Assembly: GCF_002694385.1 (NCBI RefSeq)
Contig: NZ_NZMB01000018.1
Location: forward strand, 27,655-91,654
Source of the DNA: Sneathiella sp.
GTDB taxonomy: Bacteria; Pseudomonadota; Alphaproteobacteria; Sneathiellales; Sneathiellaceae
DNA: 64,000 bases
Reading direction: 5' to 3'
A model generated the notes under the pieces. The model saw nothing but the letters and a program-made list of their open reading frames with translations, did not search any database and was not told where the DNA came from. Of this stretch, positions 9,990 to 18,847 are shown piece by piece (position 1 is the stretch's first letter; each line of letters begins with the position of its first letter). The position numbers and the translations under genes are program-made.

Positions 9990-10832
9990 TCAGTAATAGG
10001 CCGGATTGTCGGCGATGGTGAGGCGATGCAACAGGCGCTCATGCCCCTCATAGCCGCCAGTCGCCTTGTGCAAGACGGAGCGGTTGTCCCAGAGGACCAG
10101 CATGTCCGGCTCCCATTTATGGCGATAGATGAATTCCTCCCGCCCCTGCCAGCGGGCCAGTTCTTTAAGCAAGTCCTTCGCGCTCTCATGGTCCATGCCG
10201 TCGAGATCGACCAGATAGCCGCCGCCGAAAATGCCGAGCCGGCCGTTTTCCGGATGGGTGCGGATGACCGGATGCGGCTCGATCCTGTTCGCCTCGTCCG
10301 AGACGGCGATGCGCATGGCGCCCTTGAAATTCTTCTCCGAATAGGCGCCGTCGCGGGCATAGGCCCCCTTGGCCGAATGGATGGCCGTCAGCTCCCTGAA
10401 CCGGTCCTTCATCTCGTCCGGCATTTCCTCCCACGCGAGATGCTGGTTGGAAAAGAAGGTATCGCCGCCCTCCTCGGGGATGATCAGGCCATAGAGCATT
10501 GTGCCGGACGGCGGCACCGGCATGAAGCTCCAGTCCGAATGCCAGTTGTCGGCGAAAATCCGCCCGGTCTCGTCGGCACGCCGGTGCACCGCCGCAATCC
10601 GCTCATGCCCGTCGATGGGACGGAAGAACGGATCATCGCCGATCGGGCCGAGATATTCGGCAACCCGGACCAGCCCGTCATTGTCCAGCTTCTGGTTGGG
10701 AAACACGAGCACATGATGCGCCATCCAGGCGGCGCGAATGGCGGCCACTTCCTGCCTGTCGAGGGGGGCCGACAAATCGACCCCTTCCACCCGCGCGCCG
10801 CAGGGCGCATCGATTTTCGAAACCGTGATCAT
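9990..10832 (-). CDS. TauD/TfdA family Fe(II)/2-oxoglutarate dioxygenase
   Basis: 280 aa. The N-terminus (CGARVEGVDLSAPLD...AWMAHHVLVFPNQKLD) and the H-x-D motif (NWHSDWSF) are typical of TauD/TfdA enzymes. Confidence 0.85.
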   Translation of the reverse strand: MITVSKIDAPCGARVEGVDLSAPLDRQEVAAIRAAWMAHHVLVFPNQKLDNDGLVRVAEYLGPIGDDPFFRPIDGHERIAAVHRRADETGRIFADNWHSDWSFMPVPPSGTMLYGLIIPEEGGDTFFSNQHLAWEEMPDEMKDRFRELTAIHSAKGAYARDGAYSEKNFKGAMRIAVSDEANRIEPHPVIRTHPENGRLGIFGGGYLVDLDGMDHESAKDLLKELARWQGREEFIYRHKWEPDMLVLWDNRSVLHKATGGYEGHERLLHRLTIADNPAYY

Positions 10833-10946
10833 GAGACCTCCCCGTCTTTTTGTTTTTAAAAGTCATAGCACCAGATGCGCCGTTGACCAACAATTCTCTT
10901 GCGCCGGGGAGGCTCTTATGAAGGGAACATCAGGGGAGACACCGCC

Positions 10947-11366
10947 TTACTCGGGCGGGATCGTCTCGAATGCCTGAAGCTCCGGATCCATCCTGTCCCA
11001 GGCCTGCCCCGCCGAGGCATAGGTAATCACAGCCGGGCGGAACAGCGCCGGATCATCAAGGCTCGCGGCATGCACAGCAATGACATCGGGCATGACCTCG
11101 AGCAGGAGATAGAGCGGCACGCCGCAGGCGGCGCAGAAGCCGTGGGTCTTCGCCTTCCCGCTGTCGCCCAGCACCCGCCATTCCGTCGCCTTGCCGGTGA
11201 GACGGACGACGGCCCGGTCCGGAAAGGTTAGAAAGGAGCTATGCCCCGTCCCGCTCCGGCGCTGACAGTCCCGGCACTGGCAATGGTTTTCGAAGACCGG
11301 TTCGCTGTCCGCCTCATAGCGGACCGCGCCGCAGGCACAGCCGCCGGAATATCGTCTTTCCGTCAT
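10947..11366 (-). CDS. GFA family (CENP-V/glutathione-dependent formaldehyde-activating) zinc protein
   Basis: 139 aa with the cysteine pattern GGCACGAVRY ... HCQCRDCQRRSG ... FCAACGVPL. Confidence 0.85.
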   Translation of the reverse strand: MTERRYSGGCACGAVRYEADSEPVFENHCQCRDCQRRSGTGHSSFLTFPDRAVVRLTGKATEWRVLGDSGKAKTHGFCAACGVPLYLLLEVMPDVIAVHAASLDDPALFRPAVITYASAGQAWDRMDPELQAFETIPPE

Positions 11367-11393
11367 TATAAAAATCCTTTCAGATTGACAGTC

Positions 11394-11870
11394 TCAGGCC
11401 GCCGTTTCAGTGGCGCAAGGGTTGGCGAACACGTCCATGGGCTCGTCCGTCTCCAGATAGGACTTGAGGCTGGAGAGCACGAGCGGCCAGCCCCTCGAGA
11501 TACCGTTCGCCATGCCGCTGCCCGCCTCGAGCTCATCATGGGTGACGGTCAGGCGCACCATATCCTCATACGGCACCAGATCGAAGGTGACGCGGCTGTG
11601 CGCCTCGCGGTTGTCATATTCCGCCGGGTCCGACCAGCTGATGACCAGCCGCTTCGGCGGATCGATCTCGATCACATCCCCGGCGATATTGACCTTCTTT
11701 TCCTCATTATCGCGGACATGCTCCCATTTGGAGCCGACCTTCCAGTCGGAGACATTTCCATGCCCCCAGTAGCGGGCGGCGATCTCGGGCCGGGTGATGG
11801 CGTCGAATATCTTCTGCTGCGTCGCGCGGATATAGGTCACATACACGAATGTCGTCTTTTCACTGCTCAT
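11394..11870 (-). CDS. SRPBCC/AHSA1 (Aha1-like) domain protein
   Basis: 158 aa, translationally coupled (11-nt overlap) to an upstream ArsR gene. This pairing is common, and the sequence texture (IFDAITRPEIAARYW...) fits the family. Confidence 0.7.
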   Translation of the reverse strand: MSSEKTTFVYVTYIRATQQKIFDAITRPEIAARYWGHGNVSDWKVGSKWEHVRDNEEKKVNIAGDVIEIDPPKRLVISWSDPAEYDNREAHSRVTFDLVPYEDMVRLTVTHDELEAGSGMANGISRGWPLVLSSLKSYLETDEPMDVFANPCATETAA

Positions 11871-12186
11871 CTTGATCTCCTTCCAGTTCGGTTTTCAGCT
11901 CATGCAGCAGGCTCAATCGCTGCTGCTCGAATTTTCGTATCCAGCGTTCGTAGATCGTCTGGAGCGGCACCGGGTTGAGGAAATGCAACTTCTCCCGCCC
12001 CCTTTTCACCGTCGAGACAAGATTGGCGTCCTCCAGCAGGCCGATATGTTGCGTCACGGACTGGCGTTTCATGTCCATATGCGCACATAGCTGGCCCAGG
12101 GTCTGGCCGTTCTTCTCGCAGAGCAGATCCAGTATCTTTCGCCGTGTCGGATCGCCCAGCGCCTTGAATGTCTTGTCGTCGTCCAT
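11860..12186 (-). CDS. ArsR/SmtB family transcriptional regulator
   Basis: 108 aa. ALGDPTRRKILDLL followed by a winged-HTH region (QSVTQHIGLLEDANLV). Confidence 0.88.
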   Translation of the reverse strand: MDDDKTFKALGDPTRRKILDLLCEKNGQTLGQLCAHMDMKRQSVTQHIGLLEDANLVSTVKRGREKLHFLNPVPLQTIYERWIRKFEQQRLSLLHELKTELEGDQDEQ

Positions 12187-12210
12187 ACGCTACTCCTTGG
12201 GCTGGATAAT

Positions 12211-12230
12211 ATGCAGGTATTTACCTGCAT
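12211..12230. promoter_or_regulatory. Candidate ArsR operator (9-2-9 perfect inverted repeat)
   Basis: ATGCAGGTA-TT-TACCTGCAT lies 25 bp upstream of the arsR-family start codon, in the divergent region shared with the ABC-F gene. Confidence 0.5.
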
Positions 12231-12311
12231 GTCAATAAATTTATATCCGGATCATCAAAGCCGCCATTTTCCGCCTTTCGGGCAAGCGCGCTTTCTGTTA
12301 GAGAGTGCCCC

Positions 12312-14210
12312 ATGCTGCAAATCAAGGATCTCACATACCGCATTGCGGGCCGCACCCTGCTGGACGGAGCCTCGCTTCATGTGCCGGTTGGCCATCGTTT
12401 TGGCCTGATCGGGCGCAATGGCACGGGGAAATCGACGCTGTTCAAGCTGATCACGGGCGAGTTGCATGCCGACGGCGGCAGCATCGAGCTGCGCAAGGGC
12501 GCGCGGCTTGGCGTCCTGCCGCAGGAAGCGCCGGGCGGGCCGGAAAGCCTGCTGGAGACGGTGCTTGCCGCCGATATCGAGCGGGCCGCCCTGATGCAGG
12601 AGGCGGAGACTGCCACGGACGGCATGCGCATCGCCGAAATCCACACACGCCTCGCCGATATCGACGCGCACACGGCGGAGGCGCGGGCCGCGAAAATCCT
12701 GTCCGGCCTCGGTTTCGATCATGACGCGCAGCAGCGCCCCTGCTCCTCCTTCTCGGGCGGCTGGCGGACGCGTGTCGCGCTTGCGGGCACGCTGTTTGCC
12801 GAGCCGGACCTCCTGCTGCTCGACGAGCCGAGCAACTATCTCGATCTGGAGGCGACGCTGTGGCTGGAAAGTTTCCTCCGCAACTATCAGCGCACCCTCA
12901 TCATCATCAGCCATGACAAGGACCTGCTGAACAATGTGGTGACCGAGATTGCCCATCTCGACCAAATGAAGCTCGTCAAATACACCGGTAACTACGCCTT
13001 CTTCGAAAAGACCCGGCGCGAGCAGATGGAGCTTCTCGCCGGGATGGCGCGCAAGCAGGAAGCGCATCGCAAGCATCTGCAAAGCTTCGTCGATCGTTTC
13101 CGCGCCAAGGCGTCAAAGGCGCGCCAGGCGCAGAGCCGCGTGAAGATGCTGGAGAAGATGCAGCCCGTCGTCGGCATTGTCGAGGAACATACGGCGAGCC
13201 TGAGGTTCCAGGCGCCCGAACCGCTCTCCTCCCCCATCATCACGATGGAGGGATGCACGGTCGGCTATACGCCCGGCAAGCCGGTGCTGCGCCATCTCGA
13301 TTTGCGTATCGATATGGATGACCGCATCGCGCTTCTGGGCTCCAACGGCAACGGCAAATCGACCTTCGCCAAGCTGATCGCCGGCCGGCTCAAACCCGAA
13401 ACCGGGAAGATGCAGAAATCGGGCAAGCTCAAGATCGGCTTCTTCGCGCAGCATCAGCTTGACGAGATGCACCCGGAGGAAACCGCCTATCAGCATCTGG
13501 CGGCGAAAGTCGAGAACGGGCAGGAATCGAAAATCCGCGCCCGCCTCGGCCAGTTCGGTTTTTCGCGCGAGAAGACCGACACGCCCGTCAGCCAGCTTTC
13601 GGGCGGCGAGAAGGCACGGCTCAACTTCTGCCTGATCGCGGAGGAAAAGCCGCATCTCCTCATCCTCGACGAGCCGACCAACCATCTCGATGTGGACAGC
13701 CGCGAGGCGCTGATCGAGGGGCTGAACGCCTATGAAGGCGCGGTGCTGCTGATCAGCCATGACCCGCATCTCGTCTCTCTGGTGGCTGATCGCCTCTGGC
13801 TGGTGAAGGACGGCGGCGTCCATGCTTTCGAGGGGGATATCGAGGATTACAAGCGCGAGGTGCTGGACGGCGCCCGCGGCGGCAACAATAATCGCAAGAA
13901 CGAGAGCGAGAGCGCCCCTGCGCAACCGAAACTATCAGGCAAGGAAGCGCGCAAAGCCCGCGCCGCGGCCCGCGCTGCCCTTGCCCCGAAGCAGCAGGAG
14001 CTGAAACGGCTGGAGCGGCAAATGCAGGACCTCGCCGCCCGGCAGGCCGCGCTCGAAACCGATCTCGCCGACCCCGCCACCTACGACAAGGGCCCGGCGC
14101 ATCAGGCCAAACTCACCGACCAGATCGGACGGATAAAAGCGGACCTCGCCCGCACGGAAGAAAAATGGCTCGCGCTCAGTGAGGAACTGGAGGCGCAAGG
14201 CGCGGCTTAA
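12312..14210 (+). CDS. ABC-F family ATPase (two ABC domains plus C-terminal coiled coil; Uup/YheS-like)
   Basis: 632 aa. Two Walker A motifs (GRNGTGKST, GSNGNGKST), two signature motifs (FSGGWRTR, LSGGEKAR), no TM domain, and a charged coiled-coil tail. Confidence 0.92.
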   Translation: MLQIKDLTYRIAGRTLLDGASLHVPVGHRFGLIGRNGTGKSTLFKLITGELHADGGSIELRKGARLGVLPQEAPGGPESLLETVLAADIERAALMQEAETATDGMRIAEIHTRLADIDAHTAEARAAKILSGLGFDHDAQQRPCSSFSGGWRTRVALAGTLFAEPDLLLLDEPSNYLDLEATLWLESFLRNYQRTLIIISHDKDLLNNVVTEIAHLDQMKLVKYTGNYAFFEKTRREQMELLAGMARKQEAHRKHLQSFVDRFRAKASKARQAQSRVKMLEKMQPVVGIVEEHTASLRFQAPEPLSSPIITMEGCTVGYTPGKPVLRHLDLRIDMDDRIALLGSNGNGKSTFAKLIAGRLKPETGKMQKSGKLKIGFFAQHQLDEMHPEETAYQHLAAKVENGQESKIRARLGQFGFSREKTDTPVSQLSGGEKARLNFCLIAEEKPHLLILDEPTNHLDVDSREALIEGLNAYEGAVLLISHDPHLVSLVADRLWLVKDGGVHAFEGDIEDYKREVLDGARGGNNNRKNESESAPAQPKLSGKEARKARAAARAALAPKQQELKRLERQMQDLAARQAALETDLADPATYDKGPAHQAKLTDQIGRIKADLARTEEKWLALSEELEAQGAA

Positions 14211-15559
14211 CTCCCGCCTCCGCGCATTCGCGCAAGTTCATCTACGACAAGTTGCATTGGTAATTCGAAGAAGTCGAATAATGCATATAGTGGCGATAGC
14301 AACGGGCGTACAATTTCAGGCAGGTTTGTATCAATTGCCTGTGCGTCAATATGAGTGGTAAGGGTAATCGAATTTTGTTGCGCGACTCTTCCCTCGCGAA
14401 TGTTACGCCGGTTACCAACACTAATCAACGATCTGCCCGCTAACCCTTCATATGTAACAACAAATCTGATTGCCGTTGGTCCCTCAAAGAGGCCGGCAGC
14501 TAAACTACTCGCATGAAGCAGTGTTTCACCAACTCTCCAAACTGGGAGGGTAAGATCAAAAGCAGTACCAACTGGGATTGCCCTCTGATCCTCCATACCG
14601 TCTTCTTGAAAACCTCGAAGAAGAAAAGCTAGGCCTTCGGGATGGATACGCCAGAAATCAGAATGCGCTGCGTCACGTTGCTCGATAGGCGCTTCATCAT
14701 CGCTTCCGAGCCAACATTCGACGGCACCGTCGATCAGATAGGGGGCAATGCCCCTACGGAGAGGATACCAAAAAGGTGGCCAGCCAGTGTGATGAACGAC
14801 ACTATTCCTTAGCACCTCAGGAATTTCAGCCGTATCAAGCTGCCGGTTTTGCCCCTCAATCTTATATGCAATGCGATAAAAACCGTGTGTGAATCTTGCT
14901 CCAACATTGGCGGGCAGAGGTTCAGTAAGATCACTCCAACGCTCAAAACTTTTATCAATCCATTCTTCTAGTTTATCAGGTTCAGTCGGCTGCTGAAGCT
15001 GCGGGACAGCACCCGTGATCAGATCTCTTATTTGATCATACATTTCGTCACGCCGATTCCGAAGACAACGACCAAGTAAATCGTCCCAGTCTTGCGCACT
15101 TTGCGGCATTTCACTACGTGGTCCCGGCTTGCGGATATAGATTGCGTTGTCCGCCAGTATATTACCGTTCGGCCCAGAGCGCCGAGCCCGAATGGGAACT
15201 TTATGTCCTCCTGGAATGACCACAATCGGAAAAATTGCGTCATCCGGATTAGAAACAAAATGAACCTCACAATGAAAAGGAGGATCGCTGTAGTATTGGA
15301 TTATGCCGTTAATTAAATCTTGGTTGTACCCATCAAGTGTTGGAGGACGGCCATCTGCCTCCAACATATTCTCATCCGACAATCCAAGTATTATAAAACC
15401 ACCGCCGTGGTTTGAGATGGCAATCGCAGCCTTAGCGAAAGTTGCTTTGTCATTATTCGAGTTTTGTAAGCCTAACCAGTTCTTGACCTCTAAATTTAGG
15501 TCTTCTCTAGGATCGACTAATAAATCAGCGAGGCGTTCTCGACTAAATTCCTGAGGCAT
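14207..15559 (-). CDS. AlbA_2 (Schlafen-like) N-terminal domain protein with an uncharacterised ~270-aa C-terminal region
   Basis: 450 aa in a visibly AT-rich stretch. Residues ~15-170 follow the AlbA_2 pattern as I remember it (EDLNLEVKNWL ... AKAAIAISNHGGGFIILGLSDE ... IFPIVVIPGGHKVPIRA ... AIYIRKPGPRSEMP). I do not recognise the rest. Confidence 0.7.
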   Translation of the reverse strand: MPQEFSRERLADLLVDPREDLNLEVKNWLGLQNSNNDKATFAKAAIAISNHGGGFIILGLSDENMLEADGRPPTLDGYNQDLINGIIQYYSDPPFHCEVHFVSNPDDAIFPIVVIPGGHKVPIRARRSGPNGNILADNAIYIRKPGPRSEMPQSAQDWDDLLGRCLRNRRDEMYDQIRDLITGAVPQLQQPTEPDKLEEWIDKSFERWSDLTEPLPANVGARFTHGFYRIAYKIEGQNRQLDTAEIPEVLRNSVVHHTGWPPFWYPLRRGIAPYLIDGAVECWLGSDDEAPIEQRDAAHSDFWRIHPEGLAFLLRGFQEDGMEDQRAIPVGTAFDLTLPVWRVGETLLHASSLAAGLFEGPTAIRFVVTYEGLAGRSLISVGNRRNIREGRVAQQNSITLTTHIDAQAIDTNLPEIVRPLLSPLYALFDFFELPMQLVVDELARMRGGGS

Positions 15560-15592
15560 CTTATTAGATGTATCACATAAACATGACGCTAT

Positions 15593-16051
15593 CTACGCCT
15601 TCTTATCCCACCCCGTGTCCGTCTGCTGATAGTAGGTGACGGGGGTGTCCTGTTCGCGGAAGGCTTTCCAGCGGCCTCTCGCCGCCTGTAAGGCCGTCTC
15701 GTCATTGCCGTCGAACATATAGACGCAGCGCTCGAAGCTATCGAGATCGGCGGCGTCCGCATCGTCAATCAGGACAAGCAGGGTGGCGGCGTTGGGGTTG
15801 CCCGCCGTATCAAGGGTGAGATAGACCGGCTGCGCCGCCGGATCGAGGGTGAGGCCATCGCCCGCCCGTCCGTGGGCGAGGAAGGAGGTGTCGCGATAGC
15901 TCCAGAGATCGTCATCGAGCGCCTCCAACCGCGCTTCATCTCGGCCACGGATCAGCACGCGGAAGCCGCGCTCGCGGATTTTTTCAAGCAGGCGCGGCAG
16001 CGCCCGCCCGAGCGGTTCCGACAACAGGTGATAGAAGCCGACTTCCTGCAC
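15593..16051 (-). CDS. holC: DNA polymerase III subunit chi
   Basis: 152 aa. MQEVGFYHLLSEPLGRALPRLLEKIRERGFRVLIRG...LWSYRDTSFLAHG is typical of chi. It follows pepA, as in many proteobacteria. Confidence 0.88.
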   Translation of the reverse strand: MQEVGFYHLLSEPLGRALPRLLEKIRERGFRVLIRGRDEARLEALDDDLWSYRDTSFLAHGRAGDGLTLDPAAQPVYLTLDTAGNPNAATLLVLIDDADAADLDSFERCVYMFDGNDETALQAARGRWKAFREQDTPVTYYQQTDTGWDKKA

Positions 16052-16062
16052 CCCGCCGCCGC

Positions 16063-17571
16063 CTATTTCCCTTCGTAATGATCGCGGATCAGCCGATCCA
16101 GCAGCCGCACGCCATAGCCGGTGCCGCCCTTCGGCGTTGTCGGCTTGTCGGCCTTGGACCAGGCCATGCCCGCGATATCAAGATGCGCCCAAGGCACATC
16201 ATTCACGAATTTCTGGAGGAATTCCGCCGCCACGATGGAGCCCGCGCCGCGCCCGCCGGTGCCGATATTCTGCAAATCGGCGATGGGGGATTTGATCTGC
16301 TTGGCATAGTCCTTCGACATGGGCAGGCGCCAGACCCCCTCTCCCACCAGCTTGCCGGCCTCGAACAGGCGATCGGACAGCTCGTCATTATTGGAGAAGA
16401 GACCGGCGTTTTCATGGCCGAGGGTGACGATGATGGCGCCCGTCAGGGTGGCGAGATCAATCATGAATTCCGGCTTGAAACGGTCCTGCGTGTACCACAA
16501 CGCGTCCGCCAGCACGAGGCGGCCTTCGGCGTCGGTATTCAGCACCTCGATCGTCTGGCCGGACATGGAGGTGACGATATCGCCCGGACGCTGCGCATTG
16601 CCATCGGGCATGTTTTCCACAAGGCCGATAACGCCGACGACATTGATCTTGGCCTTGCGGCCCGCCAGCGCCTTCATCAGGCCGGTGACCGTGCCCGCGC
16701 CGCCCATGTCCCATTTCATTTCCTCCATGCCGCCGGCCGGCTTCAGCGAGATACCACCGGTATCGAAGCAGACGCCCTTGCCAACAAACGCGAGCGGCTT
16801 GCGCCCCGCCTTGCGGCCCGTCGCGCCGTTCCACTGCATGATGACGAGGCGGCTATCGCGTTTCGAGCCCTGCCCGACGCCGAGCAGCGCCCCCATGCCG
16901 AGGCGCTGCATCTTCGCTTCGTCCAGCACCTCAACATCAACGCCAAGCTCTGTCAGCTCCATGCAGCGGGCGGCGAAGCTTTCGGGGTACAGCGTATTGG
17001 CGGGTTCGCTCACCAGATCGCGGGTCAGGAACACCCCTTCGACAAGCGCCTCCAGATCGGCGAAGGCTTTCCTCGCCGTGGCGGAGCCCTTGCAGGAAAC
17101 CGTCATGCGGGTCAGCGTCGGCTCGCTTGCCTCCTCCACATTGGTTTTGTATTTACGGAACCGATAGGAGCCGAGCATCGCCCCCGCCGCGACCGAGGCG
17201 GCAGCCTCGTTGGCTTTGAATTCCTCCCCGCTCAACTCGTCCAGAATGACGGTGACGCTGCGCGCGCCCGATGCATTCAGCCTCTTCACCAGCGATCCGC
17301 CCAGACTTTCCATGTCGAGCGGCGTCAGCTTCTCCGGCTCCCCCAGACCAAACAGGATCACCCGGGAAACTTCCAGCCCCGAAGGCGCGATGATTTCAAG
17401 AAAATCACCCGGTTTTCCCTTGAAGCGGCTGGTCGTCATGGCCCGGCTGAGCGCCCCCTTTGTCTTCTTGTCCACATCCTTTGCAGTGGGGGAAAGGACA
17501 TTGTCGGCATAAACGGCCACCGCGAGGGAGCCGCGCTTGGGGAGAGAGATTTCTGAAAATGCGAACTTCAT
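16063..17571 (-). CDS. pepA: Leucyl aminopeptidase (M17)
   Basis: 502 aa with VGKGVCFDTGGISLKP and NTDAEGRLVLADAL. Confidence 0.95.
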   Translation of the reverse strand: MKFAFSEISLPKRGSLAVAVYADNVLSPTAKDVDKKTKGALSRAMTTSRFKGKPGDFLEIIAPSGLEVSRVILFGLGEPEKLTPLDMESLGGSLVKRLNASGARSVTVILDELSGEEFKANEAAASVAAGAMLGSYRFRKYKTNVEEASEPTLTRMTVSCKGSATARKAFADLEALVEGVFLTRDLVSEPANTLYPESFAARCMELTELGVDVEVLDEAKMQRLGMGALLGVGQGSKRDSRLVIMQWNGATGRKAGRKPLAFVGKGVCFDTGGISLKPAGGMEEMKWDMGGAGTVTGLMKALAGRKAKINVVGVIGLVENMPDGNAQRPGDIVTSMSGQTIEVLNTDAEGRLVLADALWYTQDRFKPEFMIDLATLTGAIIVTLGHENAGLFSNNDELSDRLFEAGKLVGEGVWRLPMSKDYAKQIKSPIADLQNIGTGGRGAGSIVAAEFLQKFVNDVPWAHLDIAGMAWSKADKPTTPKGGTGYGVRLLDRLIRDHYEGK

Positions 17572-17713
17572 GGAAAATTCCTGTTGTGTTTACCGCCTCA
17601 ATCAGGGAGACATAGGGTATTGACTGATCAATATCAAAAAACCGTTTTATATATTTTTCATAGCGTGTCCTTTCCTGACTGGCAACTGGCAAAACTATGG
17701 CTATACTCCCGGC

Positions 17714-18847
17714 ATGACGAATGTTAACCGTTACATCATGCGGCAGCTCGCCGTTCCCGTCCTGTTCATTACCTTTTCCCTGACGGGGGTTATCTGGCTG
17801 TCGCAATCCCTCAAATTCGTCGAACAGCTGATCAATGGTCTGCCGGTCACCACCTTTCTGTATCTGTCGCTGCTGCTGCTGCCGGAAATCTTTCGCTACA
17901 CGCTGCTGCTCGGGGTATTTTTCGGCACGCTGTTCGCGTTCAACAAGCTCTATACGGATAGTGAACTGATCGTCATGTGGGCGGCGGGCCTCAGCAAATG
18001 GGCGCTTGCCAAACCGGTGCTTTATTTCGCGCTAATCGTGATGCTGGTCCTGTATATTCTCAACTTCCTGCTCGCGCCTTTCGGCGGCCGCACCGTCAAG
18101 GAGCTGCGCGTCTCGTGGGAAGACAATATCGCTACTGTCGTCCTGCGCGAGGGGGTGTTCAACAATCTGGCGGGCGGTGTCACCGTCTATATCCGCGAAA
18201 AAACCCCCTCCGGCGAGATGCTCGGCATTCTCGTGCATGACGAACGGATCCCCGAAAAGCCCGTTACCTATATGGCCGAACGGGGCGCGTTCGTGAAAAC
18301 CGATGCGGGGCCGCGCTTTGTCATGCACCTTGGCAATCTTCAGGAGGTGTCCAAGGAAGACGCCAAGCTGAGCCTGCTGTATTTCGACCAGTATACCCTT
18401 GATATCACACAGTTCCAGAAGGAGAGCGGACCGCCCTGGCTCTCCGCCGATCACCGCTATCTGCCCGAATTGCTGTTTCCGGAAGCAGGAGAGAGAACGC
18501 AGCAGGAATTGCCAAAGCTGCGGGCCGAACTGCATCAGCGCATCATACTGCCGCTGTATGCCGCCGCCCTTGTCCTGATCGCGCTGGCCGGGGTAATGGG
18601 CGGTGAGTTTACGCGGCGCGGGCGGACAAAACGCACACTCGCCGCCTCAGCGGCGAGCGTGCTGCTGCTGATTGGCGGTATGGCGCTGTTCCGCATCACC
18701 GATCATCCCGGGCTGATTATTCCGCTGCAATATCTGCTGCCTGTCGCCGCGGGCACCCTGGGCGGCTATATTGCATCCGGTGGAGGCTTCCGCTTCCTGC
18801 AAAACCGATTACTGCGGGCAACACCGGCAGGAAGCGGGGCAGAATGA
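17714..18847 (+). CDS. lptF: LPS export ABC transporter permease LptF
   Basis: 377 aa YjgP/YjgQ-type membrane protein. Divergent from pepA and followed by a paralogue and lptD. Confidence 0.88.
   Translation: MTNVNRYIMRQLAVPVLFITFSLTGVIWLSQSLKFVEQLINGLPVTTFLYLSLLLLPEIFRYTLLLGVFFGTLFAFNKLYTDSELIVMWAAGLSKWALAKPVLYFALIVMLVLYILNFLLAPFGGRTVKELRVSWEDNIATVVLREGVFNNLAGGVTVYIREKTPSGEMLGILVHDERIPEKPVTYMAERGAFVKTDAGPRFVMHLGNLQEVSKEDAKLSLLYFDQYTLDITQFQKESGPPWLSADHRYLPELLFPEAGERTQQELPKLRAELHQRIILPLYAAALVLIALAGVMGGEFTRRGRTKRTLAASAASVLLLIGGMALFRITDHPGLIIPLQYLLPVAAGTLGGYIASGGGFRFLQNRLLRATPAGSGAE

Noticed and set aside
17626-17641. TATTGA-N4-TCAATA dyad in the pepA/lptF divergent region.
   Set aside because: The arms are short (6 bp) and lie in an AT-rich promoter. 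It matches no regulator motif I can name, so I noted it but did not call it.
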